DNA of 24,000 nucleotides from contig PGYM01000001.1 of assembly GCA_002839675.1 (NCBI GenBank), forward strand, positions 1,071,602 through 1,095,601. Reading direction: 5' to 3'. Made by a program: the position numbers and the translations under genes. Below are positions 1 through 8,245 of this stretch, piece by piece. Source of the stretch: Methanomicrobiales archaeon HGW-Methanomicrobiales-1. Lineage in GTDB: Archaea; Halobacteriota; Methanomicrobia; Methanomicrobiales; Methanospirillaceae. Numbering within the stretch: position 1 is the stretch's first letter; each line of letters starts with the position of its first letter. A model generated the notes under the pieces. That model was not told the origin of the DNA and ran no database searches. It worked only from the letters and a program-made list of their open reading frames with translations.

Positions 1-2
1 CG

Positions 3-743
3 GTCATAGAATCTCCCGCTGCTGTTCCGCAGGCAGAAACTCCCGCAATGCCGCCAACAGGCGAGGCTCAGCCTGACGGCACTGCACCGTCCACACCACC
101 TCCACTACCACCGGTACCTCCAACCGTACCGGTCGCTTCTCCGCCAAAAAAGCGAAATTTTGTCGCAATTGGTGTGCTCGCCATTGTCATCCTGGCAGTC
201 ATCGGGGGTGTTTTCCTCTTTGCAAATCCATTTGGCACAACTCCGCAGGATACAACAATCACTCCGACAGTTACCCCAATCGTTACTACCGCTACGCCAA
301 CGCCGGTTCCGACCCCATCCCCTGCAGTAACCGTTGAAACCCCGGCAACCCCAACCCCAAAACCTGAAGTGATGATTCCGAAAAACGGTGTGTGGTTGAG
401 AGTGACCTATGACGGGAAATTCAGCGGTACCTATGGTATGCCGGGCAGCCAGTACCCTGTAGGAGATAAGGACACCGGGGACCAGTTCTTCATGGTATCA
501 ACGATTAACGGCCCGGTTGAAGCATCCATCCAGAAACTCGATGGGTCTTCCGATGAGCTTATCCTGGAAGTCTATAAAAATGGTGAGATGATGAAACGTG
601 CCTCAACACAGGCACCCAAAGGCATTGTCGAACTACAAGTCGATCTCAAGCCGGCACCGACCCCGACACCTGTTCCATCTGCAGTCACTCCCGCAACAAC
701 AGCGGCACTGAATACAACTGCCAATGCAACAGGAACGGCATAG
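3..743 (+). CDS. Pro/Thr-rich single-pass membrane protein of unknown function; the 5' end is probably outside the window
   Basis: The track ORF is 48..743, but the same frame stays open back to base 3 (VIESPAAVPQAETPA precedes the first Met), so the true start may lie upstream. It has one hydrophobic helix (FVAIGVLAIVILAVIGGVFLFA) flanked by PT-rich linkers, then a globular segment of about 100 aa (GVWLRVTYDGKFSG...VELQVDLK). Confidence 0.55.
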   Translation, partial: VIESPAAVPQAETPAMPPTGEAQPDGTAPSTPPPLPPVPPTVPVASPPKKRNFVAIGVLAIVILAVIGGVFLFANPFGTTPQDTTITPTVTPIVTTATPTPVPTPSPAVTVETPATPTPKPEVMIPKNGVWLRVTYDGKFSGTYGMPGSQYPVGDKDTGDQFFMVSTINGPVEASIQKLDGSSDELILEVYKNGEMMKRASTQAPKGIVELQVDLKPAPTPTPVPSAVTPATTAALNTTANATGTA

Positions 744-758
744 GTCTCAGTTTAATTC

Positions 759-764
759 TTTTTT
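759..764 (+). terminator. Oligo-T tract downstream of the 3..743 CDS (archaeal-type terminator candidate)
   Basis: A T6 run lies 16 nt after the TAG stop at 741..743. Archaeal RNA polymerase terminates at oligo-T tracts. A second T-rich run and a 9-bp-arm inverted repeat (TTTTTGCAA-n8-TTGCAAAAA) follow. Confidence 0.3.
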
Positions 765-1184
765 CTGGATGTTTCCATTTAAAAAAGCGTTTTTTGCAAT
801 CAACCGTTTGCAAAAAAATCGCAATCGATCTCCGGAAATTTTTTCCAATCGACCCCTCGCCCCCTACCTGAAATTTTTCAATCGGATCTTGATTGTATTT
901 TCCGAACCCTCACACCGGAGAATCAAAAATTTTGTAGCATGTACATGCATTTTGTAGGATAATTATCTGATTGTAGCCTCATCAACTAACACCTTATAAT
1001 CGCGATTAAAATTTTTCATGCAGGATCTGCAAGGAAAATATGCACAAAATTTTGATATCTGGGTACGGTCCGGTTATTGTCCGGCACGGTTTTTGTTAGT
1101 ATTTTGGAAGCAGGATTAGAACGCAGAACTAAAAAGAAAATCAACAAAGATCGAAAAGAAAAGAGGGAATTCATACACCAATGA

Positions 1185-1259
1185 TGCTGCTATGGGGATT
1201 CGAACCCCAGTCGCGGGCGTGAAAGGCCCGCATGATTGGCCGGACTACACTATAGCAGC
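1185..1259 (-). tRNA. tRNA-Glu (anticodon UUC), CCA not encoded
   Basis: The reverse complement folds by hand into a cloverleaf. The acceptor stem is GCUGCUA/UAGCAGC and the D arm is GUGUAGUCCGGCCAAUCAU. The anticodon stem is CGGGC/GCCCG with loop CUUUCAC (anticodon UUC). The T arm is UGGGG-UUCGAAU-CCCCA and the discriminator is A. Confidence 0.9.
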
Positions 1260-1288
1260 AAGTTGCTCTCTATTATTACCCTGTGGCT

Positions 1289-1295
1289 TATAAAT
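1289..1295 (-). promoter_or_regulatory. TATA box candidate for tRNA-Glu
   Basis: On the minus strand, TTTATAA sits about 30 nt upstream of the tRNA 5' end (1259). This is the expected archaeal TATA-to-start spacing. Confidence 0.45.
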
Positions 1296-1376
1296 AGGTT
1301 ATGGAGGGGGAAAAAGACCATTTGGTCTCATTGTTTTTAAAAAGGACTTCATGCTTTTTTTCCGTGAGAAAAAAAA

Positions 1377-2249
1377 TTATTTTTTATTGATGGGATAACC
1401 TTCAGTTGCAGTCACAGATTTGAACGCTTCCATAAGCTGCCGGGTAACCGGCCCGGGTTTGCCACTGCCAATTGTTCGCCCGTCCACCCAGGTAATTGGT
1501 GCTACTTCAGCTGCGGTGCCCGTACAGATTATCTCATCTGCAGTATAAAGATCAAAATACCCCATATTCTGTTCTTTCACACTAATACCCAGTGATTTGG
1601 CACATTCAATAAGGACCTGCCGGGTAATTCCACGAAGATTGTTAAGCGTGGGGGGGGTGATAATCTCACCATTCTTCACTACATAGAGATTATCACCGGA
1701 CCCTTCTGACAGGTAACCATTCGTGTCAAAGAAAATTGCCTCATCTCCTCCTTTGTAATTCGCCTCGATCTTTGCAAGGATGTTGTTTAAGTAATTGAGA
1801 CTCTTGACATTCGGGGGCAGGGATTCTGCAGGATTGCGCCGCACAGAAACGGTGACACCTTTCAATCCTTTCTCGTACAGGTCGCCATACATCGCACCCC
1901 AGGTGACTGCGATAATTATCACGGATGATTTGGGACATTTGCGCGGGTCAAGACCAAGATCCCCGACACCCCGGGTGATGATCGGGCGGATGTATGCATC
2001 TTTTAAGTTATTTTTACGTAGGGTCTCACAGATCGCTTCAGTCATCTCCTCTTTTGATATCGGGGGATGGATATCAATGGTTTTTGCCGAATCGTAAAGA
2101 CGGTCGAGATGTTCCTTTAAACGAAATATCCTGCCGTTATAGGCACGGATACCTTCAAACACACCATCCCCGTACAGGAATCCGTGATCAAAAACAGAGA
2201 CTTTTGCCTGGTCATCCGGCAGAAATTTCCCATCATAATAGATGATCAT
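1377..2249 (-). CDS. ilvE: Branched-chain amino acid aminotransferase (class IV PLP aminotransferase)
   Basis: The 290-aa ORF shows typical class IV features: [17 protein letters not shown], the LDRLYDSA motif, [14 protein letters not shown] and GITR. Length and N-terminus match archaeal and bacterial IlvE. Confidence 0.9.
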   Translation of the reverse strand: MIIYYDGKFLPDDQAKVSVFDHGFLYGDGVFEGIRAYNGRIFRLKEHLDRLYDSAKTIDIHPPISKEEMTEAICETLRKNNLKDAYIRPIITRGVGDLGLDPRKCPKSSVIIIAVTWGAMYGDLYEKGLKGVTVSVRRNPAESLPPNVKSLNYLNNILAKIEANYKGGDEAIFFDTNGYLSEGSGDNLYVVKNGEIITPPTLNNLRGITRQVLIECAKSLGISVKEQNMGYFDLYTADEIICTGTAAEVAPITWVDGRTIGSGKPGPVTRQLMEAFKSVTATEGYPINKK

Positions 2250-2436
2250 AGTTTCTCATAGATCGCCGGGGTTTTTGTAGTTTTTTCTTTTAAGCGGGGA
2301 GATAATGACCAGCCAATACATTTTTTATCGTGAATATATATTTGATAATACGAAACGTTAACTCCTGCATATAACAATAGTGTCATGTAAAAACAACGAT
2401 TCGGCCATAGCATAAAGAATGGAGAAATGATATAAA

Positions 2437-3108
2437 ATGTCCCAAAAACAAAAAATCTCTTCATCGGAAAAAGGGATTACTTTTGATTCATCTGATAGCC
2501 TGTTCAAAGAAATTTTTAACCGGATACAAACTGGCATAATTCTCATAGATCCCGATACCCATGCGATTGTTGATGCGAATCCGATTGCTGAACTGATCCT
2601 TGGTGCATCGAAGCATGACCTGATAAACCGGACATGTCACGAATTTATCTGCCCAGCAAAAGAGGGGACCTGTCCGATCACTGACCTGAATACTTCCATA
2701 ATTAATGAAGAGGGGAAATTCCTGAATAAAAAAGGCGAGATGGTAGATATCTTAAAGACGGTAGCCAGGGTTACCATTGCGGGAAAAGAACTCCTGCTGG
2801 AAAGTTTCATTGACATATCAGACCGGAAAAAGGCAGATGACCGGAAAGTTGCTCTTATTGGTTTTATGAATGAATCGATGCTCCGTATCCGCCGGCCCCT
2901 TGAACTGACGAAAATGAATATGCAACTCATTGCAGATCAGGTAAAAACTGGGGAATTTGAACCGGAAGAGATCCGCATGGAACTTCAGATACAAGCAAAT
3001 AATATCAGCCAGATGATAAAAAATCTCGATGACCTTGTCCGGATGGTTGCAGAAGAGCGAGGACAGGATATCCCCAAGGAATTCAGGGAATTCCTTCTCG
3101 GGAAGTGA
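2437..3108 (+). CDS. Soluble PAS-domain signalling protein with a DHp-like helix region lacking the phospho-acceptor His and any HATPase domain
   Basis: The PAS core is FKEIFNRIQTGIILIDPDTHAIVDANPIAELILG...ESFIDISDRKKAD. It carries a Cys/His cluster, C-H-x3-C-P-x5-C-P (aa 67-80). The segment after the PAS domain, FMNESMLRIRRPLELT, aligns to the HisKA H-box (F..xSHELRTPL) but has no His. The ORF ends after a helical region with no ATPase domain. Confidence 0.8.
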   Translation: MSQKQKISSSEKGITFDSSDSLFKEIFNRIQTGIILIDPDTHAIVDANPIAELILGASKHDLINRTCHEFICPAKEGTCPITDLNTSIINEEGKFLNKKGEMVDILKTVARVTIAGKELLLESFIDISDRKKADDRKVALIGFMNESMLRIRRPLELTKMNMQLIADQVKTGEFEPEEIRMELQIQANNISQMIKNLDDLVRMVAEERGQDIPKEFREFLLGK

Positions 3109-3686
3109 GTGATTTGACTGACGCAACCCCGACTGATACTACATTGGATAACGTCCTGTACCTGATGCTCTCTCCTCCTGAAAGTATCCATGCGATGAAC
3201 ATTTCCGTACTGAAAAAGATACTAGGGCGGAACTGCACACCCCTCATTATCACGGTTAACCAGCCTTTTAAAGTGCTGACAAGAACTTATGACCGGGAGG
3301 GCATTGACACTTCAAAAATCTATGTGATAGATACCGTGACTCAATATTCCGGGGGAGTCTGTGAGAACACTCCCCGGGTGAAATATATCAATAACCCTTC
3401 AAACCTGACCGATCTCGGTATTGCCATAACCGAACTCCTGAAACAGATGCCGGAGGAGAAAAAGTGCATTATGTTCGATTCTGTCAGCATGCTTCTCATC
3501 CACATCCCGTCAGCAACGGCATCCAAGTTTTTTCATTTTGTAATAAACAAACTCAAACTCTCCGATGTATCAGGTATTTTCCTCTGCGTGGAGAAAGGGC
3601 TTGACCCGGTCATTCTTTCGCAGATGTCTTCCTTTGTCGATAAAATTATAGATTTTGAAACTGAAAATACGGATAAAGACCAGTAA
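3105..3686 (+). CDS. DUF835/KaiC-like (RecA-fold-like) protein without a Walker A motif; function unknown
   Basis: The 193-aa ORF starts at a GTG that overlaps the upstream TGA (GTGA), implying translational coupling; a later ATG is also possible. The pattern LIITVNQP..L.R.Y...GID.SKIYVID ... NPSNLTDLGIAITELL ... CIMFDSVSMLLIH ... FFHFVINKL ... IFLCVEKGLDP resembles my recollection of archaeal DUF835/KaiC-like domains. No GxxxxGK[ST] motif is present. Confidence 0.55.
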   Translation: MSDLTDATPTDTTLDNVLYLMLSPPESIHAMNISVLKKILGRNCTPLIITVNQPFKVLTRTYDREGIDTSKIYVIDTVTQYSGGVCENTPRVKYINNPSNLTDLGIAITELLKQMPEEKKCIMFDSVSMLLIHIPSATASKFFHFVINKLKLSDVSGIFLCVEKGLDPVILSQMSSFVDKIIDFETENTDKDQ

Positions 3687-3793
3687 GGCATCTTTACGCG
3701 GATAAAATCCGCACTGATACCCGCTCCAATAAAAAAACATGATTATATTTTTTCGGGTTTTACTTTTTTCAACAATAGCAACAATCAGAATAA

Positions 3794-5170
3794 TCAGGTT
3801 TTCTTCCGACAGATACGGACAAAATGTTCGAGCATGCCCTTACTCCCCACCGGGTGCAGGTGGGTGTAACTGCCCAGCGTGTTGCTGATTACAGCGCCAT
3901 CGAGATTATCCTGGATACCGATACCCCGGTTAAGACGGTACGCGTATCGGGTACCGGTTGACAGGACAACATCAGAATGATGGAATTCATGCCCATGAAA
4001 TTGCGCTGCGCCAACAGGAGAGTCCGCATCGCTCGTACCGGTCACATAACTAACCACTCTGCGGGCAGGCATCCGGGTCTCCCCGGAAAAAACCCCGCAC
4101 ATTGCATACTGCCGGTTTTCAGTTGATCCCTGCCAGCCGGCCTGCAGGACAATGCGGTCGGTAAGATACATCAGCCCCCCGCATTCTGCATAAATCGGAG
4201 TCCCATTGGCTGATGCTGCACGGATAGCATCCCGCATAGCCTTGTTGGCTTCCAGTTCCCGGGCATAGAGTTCCGGGTATCCGCCACCAATGATGTAACC
4301 ATCGGCCCGTGGAAGATTGTCATGAACGGGACTGAACATCACGGGTTCTGCACCCAGCGAGCGAAGCACATCAAAGAGATCGGCATAGTAAAAATTGAAC
4401 GCTTCATCGAAGGCGATGCCAATCGTTACATCAGATTCCGTAGTTCTTTCGAATGCCGACGAAGGCTGCAAAGGAACATTCGTTTCTTTCATCAGGGAGA
4501 GCAGCCAGTCAAGATCCACGTATTGCCCGATCTTATCAGTGATCGTGCGAATCCGCGTATCGAAATCCCCTTTTCCGGCACCTTCACGATAAGGTACGAG
4601 TCCCAGGTGGCGCATGGTCAGCTGCATCTCGTCCATACGGGGGATTGCACCAATGACCGGCACCCCGCAGTAATGCTCAATGGCAGCCACCGCTTTTGCC
4701 TTGTGGGAACCGCCTTTTACATTGTTGAGAATGACCCCTGCAATCCGTATCTTCGGGTCAAATGCCTGGAAACCTTTCACGAGAGCCGCTGCACTGCGGG
4801 TAATGCTCTGTGCTGATACCACCAAGATTACCGGAAGATCGAGTTCCTTTGCGATTGCTGCGGTACTTCCTACATCGCTCAGCGCTTCTGCTCCCTCGTA
4901 AAGCCCTCGAACACCTTCGACAAGAGCAATATCGGCATCCCGACAGCCGTACGAGAAAATTTCATGAATCTGGCTGGTTGAGAGGGCAAAACTGTCAAGG
5001 TTCCGGCATGGCCGACCGGAAGCCGCCGCGAGGTAAGATGGATCGATATAATCCATTCCCACTTTAAACGTCTGGACGCGGTAATTTTTTGCGAGAAGCG
5101 CGGTGAGGGCAAGCGTGATACTGGTCTTGCCACTGCCGGATCGATCACCCGTGATAAGGATCTGTTTCAT
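3794..5170 (-). CDS. cfbB: Ni-sirohydrochlorin a,c-diamide synthase (CbiA/CobB-family amidotransferase)
   Basis: The 458-aa ORF has the N-terminal P-loop GDRSGSGKTS, a CobQ/CobB/MinD-type ATPase domain and a C-terminal glutamine amidotransferase domain (YAECGGLMYL, HEFHH). It abuts cfbD with no gap, which favours CfbB over the cobamide paralogue CbiA. Confidence 0.8.
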   Translation of the reverse strand: MKQILITGDRSGSGKTSITLALTALLAKNYRVQTFKVGMDYIDPSYLAAASGRPCRNLDSFALSTSQIHEIFSYGCRDADIALVEGVRGLYEGAEALSDVGSTAAIAKELDLPVILVVSAQSITRSAAALVKGFQAFDPKIRIAGVILNNVKGGSHKAKAVAAIEHYCGVPVIGAIPRMDEMQLTMRHLGLVPYREGAGKGDFDTRIRTITDKIGQYVDLDWLLSLMKETNVPLQPSSAFERTTESDVTIGIAFDEAFNFYYADLFDVLRSLGAEPVMFSPVHDNLPRADGYIIGGGYPELYARELEANKAMRDAIRAASANGTPIYAECGGLMYLTDRIVLQAGWQGSTENRQYAMCGVFSGETRMPARRVVSYVTGTSDADSPVGAAQFHGHEFHHSDVVLSTGTRYAYRLNRGIGIQDNLDGAVISNTLGSYTHLHPVGSKGMLEHFVRICRKKT

Positions 5171-6232
5171 CTACAAGCTCCGGAGAACCGCCCCGAATTC
5201 GCTCTCAACAATGTCGCGGACACCCAGCGTCTTGGGGTGGAGGTCTATTTCGACCATCACGTGCTGGTGACCAAGATCCCGGAGCGGTTCTACCTGTCGG
5301 GGGCCGTTGGTGATGGAGAAACACTCAATTCCCGTTGTATATTCCTGAGGAATGGCATGAGGCACACCGGCAATCAATGCAAATGACGGTGCTATTTCCC
5401 GAATGCGTTTTCCGAGTGCATCGCCATTCGCGCCGTACTCATCCAGGGCACCGAGTAATTCTACCTTCAGGCCCCGTTTTTTCATCTCGTCAAGAATCCG
5501 TGCAGCATCGGCCCGCACTTTAGGCAGTCCCCGCTGGTCGAGATTGACAATATAGGTAATATCTGCATCAGGACACTTATCGTGGAGAGCGATCAGTTCA
5601 TCGGCAAACATGTATGCGGTCTCTTTCTTTGCATTTAAGATCGCAATTCCCTTTGCCCCACTCCGTGCGCATTGTTGTAGTCGCTGTGCTGCCACGTGTT
5701 TCATGTCGCCACGGGATGGTTCTATGTATGACTTGCTGGCTGCACCCCGGACGCGCTCAACCTCGTTGGCTTTCTGCATCAGGAACTGCTGGCGGGTGAG
5801 TTCCTCTTCAGTTATCCAGCCGGCCAGTTGCGCAGCTTCGAGCGTGGCTAGCACACCCGCGATATTTTCCAAAAATCCTGCATGAATATCGACTGCGATA
5901 GTCGGGGTGGTGATACCAGATCCGTCAATAGCGGACTGAAGGTCTTCCCCGATAATCATGGAGACACAGGTGCCGACCACAACCATCCGCTTTGGTGCGA
6001 AATTATCTTCGGCATACCGCAAAACATTCTCAAGCGATGCCTGGCCCCCGAATATGAACTCATTATCCGCAAGAGAGGTGGTGAGCACCCGCAGGCCATC
6101 TTCTTCCAAAAGACGTGCGTGCTTGAATGAACATCCTGACGGGCCGTGCAGGATCGCGACATCGGCTTCAAGATCGCGAGCGGTATAGAGCGCAGCAACG
6201 ATCGAACTGGGGCGGGGGTGCATGTACTTCAT
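5171..6232 (-). CDS. cfbD: Ni-sirohydrochlorin a,c-diamide reductive cyclase, nitrogenase NifD/BchN-like subunit (formerly methanogenesis marker 13 / NflD)
   Basis: The 353-aa ORF has a nitrogenase component-1-like fold signature (HGPSGCSFKHARLLEEDG, VVVGTCVSMIIGEDL). It sits between cfbE and cfbB. Confidence 0.85.
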   Translation of the reverse strand: MKYMHPRPSSIVAALYTARDLEADVAILHGPSGCSFKHARLLEEDGLRVLTTSLADNEFIFGGQASLENVLRYAEDNFAPKRMVVVGTCVSMIIGEDLQSAIDGSGITTPTIAVDIHAGFLENIAGVLATLEAAQLAGWITEEELTRQQFLMQKANEVERVRGAASKSYIEPSRGDMKHVAAQRLQQCARSGAKGIAILNAKKETAYMFADELIALHDKCPDADITYIVNLDQRGLPKVRADAARILDEMKKRGLKVELLGALDEYGANGDALGKRIREIAPSFALIAGVPHAIPQEYTTGIECFSITNGPRQVEPLRDLGHQHVMVEIDLHPKTLGVRDIVESEFGAVLRSL

Positions 6233-6241
6233 GGGTATCAG

Positions 6242-7495
6242 TTATCTCCAGGTTTTTACCGCAAGGACAATGGATCCTTTGTCGGTTTTTTCTACAGCCG
6301 CTCTCCGGCCTTCCTCCAGGGTCGTGCAGTGAGCATCGATACGATGCCGGATTCCACGGAACGCATCTGAACCCGGGTCCGGCATCCGTCCCACCCAGAT
6401 CAGGTTTGTGGGACATACTTTCTCAATTGCACTGATGATCTGGTATGCAGAAAAGCCTTCACAGACTGCACCATCACCTTCCACCTGCCCGATCACCAGG
6501 GTCAGATCTCTGGCCCCGGCGCAATGCCGGGCGTACCGGGAGGCACAGACCGTTGTCATAATATTTGTACCCGTATTGGCATTATCAACAATGATGATAT
6601 CCTTTTCATGGCTGATCGACATCCTTCCCGGGAGTGCGGCAAAATGATTGAGCGGTGTGGGATCCACGTTGAGCATCATTGCAGCTGCTGCGGCAAGCAT
6701 CAGGGGGAGGCGGTACGGGGGCAGGATGAAGAGGGGATTTGTCAGGATAAAACGCAGTCCATCCAGCTCAACCGTGCAGTTCATTCCATCGCACCGGGCA
6801 ATATCTTCAATATGCACGACTTTTTTATGGTCACCGGCAATTCCGTCAGCAACCAGGAGACGTTTTGCGTGTTGTGCCGATGCAATCTTTTCTTTTACGG
6901 CAAACTTCTTGCCGGCAGCAAAGGTATAATCCTCTGCTGAAGTGATGATGGCGAGATCCCCGGACCCAATAACCCCAAGAGAGATCTCAGCGACAAGCCA
7001 GCCATTCATCTGGTTGGCTGACTGCACTGCCGAAAGAACCGATGCGGGAGTAATACTCCGTTTTCCGAGAAACTCTTTTGTCGGATACGCATAGGTTCCG
7101 GTTGAAGTATGCAGTACACCGTTTCCCGGTAACAGGTGGGCAAGAGCATGTGCCGTGGTGGTCTTTCCCCGGGCCCCGGTGATCTCAATCATCGGGTGGG
7201 GAAGTTTTTCGCCCAGCAACCGGCGTACTGCTTCGTGATGGGTGATGACAGGGCTATTTCGGTTTTGTAAAAGCGGGTGTTCCGGGTCAAGGTGAACCGG
7301 TGCTACGATAAGATCATACGTCCAGGTACGGGCATTCTCTGCAATTTCCGGAGTGGTACCAGTATAGACATCCACAACATCAGTGACATGTCCCTGCCCT
7401 GCATACAGGTCGCCAATTTCCCTGCCGCCGTGGATTGTATCCAGTACCAGGATGTGCATAAAAAAGTTAGAGAATGGAAAGTGCTTTTTTTGCAT
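6242..7495 (-). CDS. cfbE: Coenzyme F430 synthetase (Mur-ligase family)
   Basis: It has the Mur-ligase ATP-binding motif EITGARGKTTT and a central/C-terminal Mur-ligase-like organisation. The longest ORF starts at 7495 and overlaps cfbA by 29 nt. The ATG at 7459 (MHILVLDTIHGG) is the more likely start. Confidence 0.85.
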   Translation of the reverse strand: MQKKHFPFSNFFMHILVLDTIHGGREIGDLYAGQGHVTDVVDVYTGTTPEIAENARTWTYDLIVAPVHLDPEHPLLQNRNSPVITHHEAVRRLLGEKLPHPMIEITGARGKTTTAHALAHLLPGNGVLHTSTGTYAYPTKEFLGKRSITPASVLSAVQSANQMNGWLVAEISLGVIGSGDLAIITSAEDYTFAAGKKFAVKEKIASAQHAKRLLVADGIAGDHKKVVHIEDIARCDGMNCTVELDGLRFILTNPLFILPPYRLPLMLAAAAAMMLNVDPTPLNHFAALPGRMSISHEKDIIIVDNANTGTNIMTTVCASRYARHCAGARDLTLVIGQVEGDGAVCEGFSAYQIISAIEKVCPTNLIWVGRMPDPGSDAFRGIRHRIDAHCTTLEEGRRAAVEKTDKGSIVLAVKTWR

Positions 7496-7883
7496 TCTTG
7501 ACCATCAGGTCTGCAAGCAGGGGATCGCTTCCGATAGGATCCGCGTATACAAGCGGGATCGAAGTCCCGTTCATAACAAAGCTCCCTTTCTTGGTACCTT
7601 CAGGAAGTCCGATCTCACCGGGAATATCCTTTTCGATGTGAACACCCTTTGCAAGGAACAGGGGGACAACAACGAGCACATCGATGGGTTCGTTACGGAA
7701 CGCATCGAGCGATTCCTTGATCGAGGGCTTGTTCACATTCATAAAACCGCACTTAACGATAAAATCCGTGTTGCCTGCCTTGATCATTGCAGCGGTTTTC
7801 TCGACAAGATCCTGATTGTAGGGCATCGTGCTGCCATGTCCTACAAGTAACATTCCTTTCTTACTCATTTGCGTAAACTCCAT
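7467..7883 (-). CDS. cfbA: Sirohydrochlorin nickelochelatase (small CbiX-type chelatase)
   Basis: The ORF is 138 aa (133 aa from the alternative start at 7868, MSKKGMLLVGHGS). It shows CbiX(S) hallmarks: the LLVGHGS catalytic His region and VVVPLFLAKGVH. It is the first gene of the cfb operon. Confidence 0.85.
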   Translation of the reverse strand: MEFTQMSKKGMLLVGHGSTMPYNQDLVEKTAAMIKAGNTDFIVKCGFMNVNKPSIKESLDAFRNEPIDVLVVVPLFLAKGVHIEKDIPGEIGLPEGTKKGSFVMNGTSIPLVYADPIGSDPLLADLMVKNAKKALSIL

Positions 7884-8012
7884 GGTATGTTTTTGAGGAT
7901 TTTTTAAATGTAACCATCTGGGTCAGTTCGATTTTCCGTATGCTGAAAAAACAGCACGAGAAAATACTACGTAAGAAAATATACCTGTAATTGTAATAAC
8001 TTTCTTGTTTTG

Positions 8013-8027
8013 ATCGCCATTGGCGAT
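8013..8027. promoter_or_regulatory. Perfect palindrome ATCGCCA-T-TGGCGAT in the divergent cfbA / 8246-operon intergenic region (candidate operator)
   Basis: The arms are 7 bp with a 1-nt centre. It is GC-rich against a very AT-rich 362-bp divergent promoter region. It lies 130 bp upstream of the cfbA ORF start and 219 bp upstream of the 8246 ATG. Confidence 0.3.
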
Positions 8028-8245
8028 AATACCCCTAACAGAGTACTCAATATTTTAAACCTGAAGATTTTGCGGGATTTTCCATTCGCTATCCATTCTT
8101 TTAAAAAAATTCTGCCATGCAAAGCACAATGCCGGAATGACCGGGAAAAATGCGGGAGTCTTAGAAAAAATGTAAAAAGATCCCTGTTTTTCTGAAAAAA
8201 ATATGCAAAGTAATTTGTTCAATCAGCCTCAACGGATATGAACTC

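Noticed and set aside
724-957. 77-aa + strand ORF overlapping the end of the first CDS and running into the AT-rich spacer
   Set aside because: Its composition is implausible (F/R/N-rich) and it lies in low-GC intergenic sequence with oligo-T tracts. It has no ribosome-binding site or recognisable domain.
1185-1259. Possibility that the tRNA-Glu or tRNA-Ser (14076..14159) loci mark integrated mobile elements
   Set aside because: There is no integrase, transposase or phage-like gene nearby. I could find no duplicated copy of either tRNA 3' end elsewhere in the window. Flanking genes are core metabolism.
3794-5170. Calling this gene cbiA (cobyrinic acid a,c-diamide synthase of the cobamide pathway)
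   Set aside because: The family cannot be split by eye. However, zero-gap operon linkage with cfbD, cfbE and cfbA makes the F430-specific paralogue CfbB the better call. A phylogeny would settle it.
8010-8195. 61-aa + strand ORF in the cfbA/8246 divergent intergenic region
   Set aside because: It has a non-ATG start, lies in AT-rich promoter DNA and has a lysine/arginine-rich nonsense-like sequence. This region is needed for two divergent promoters.
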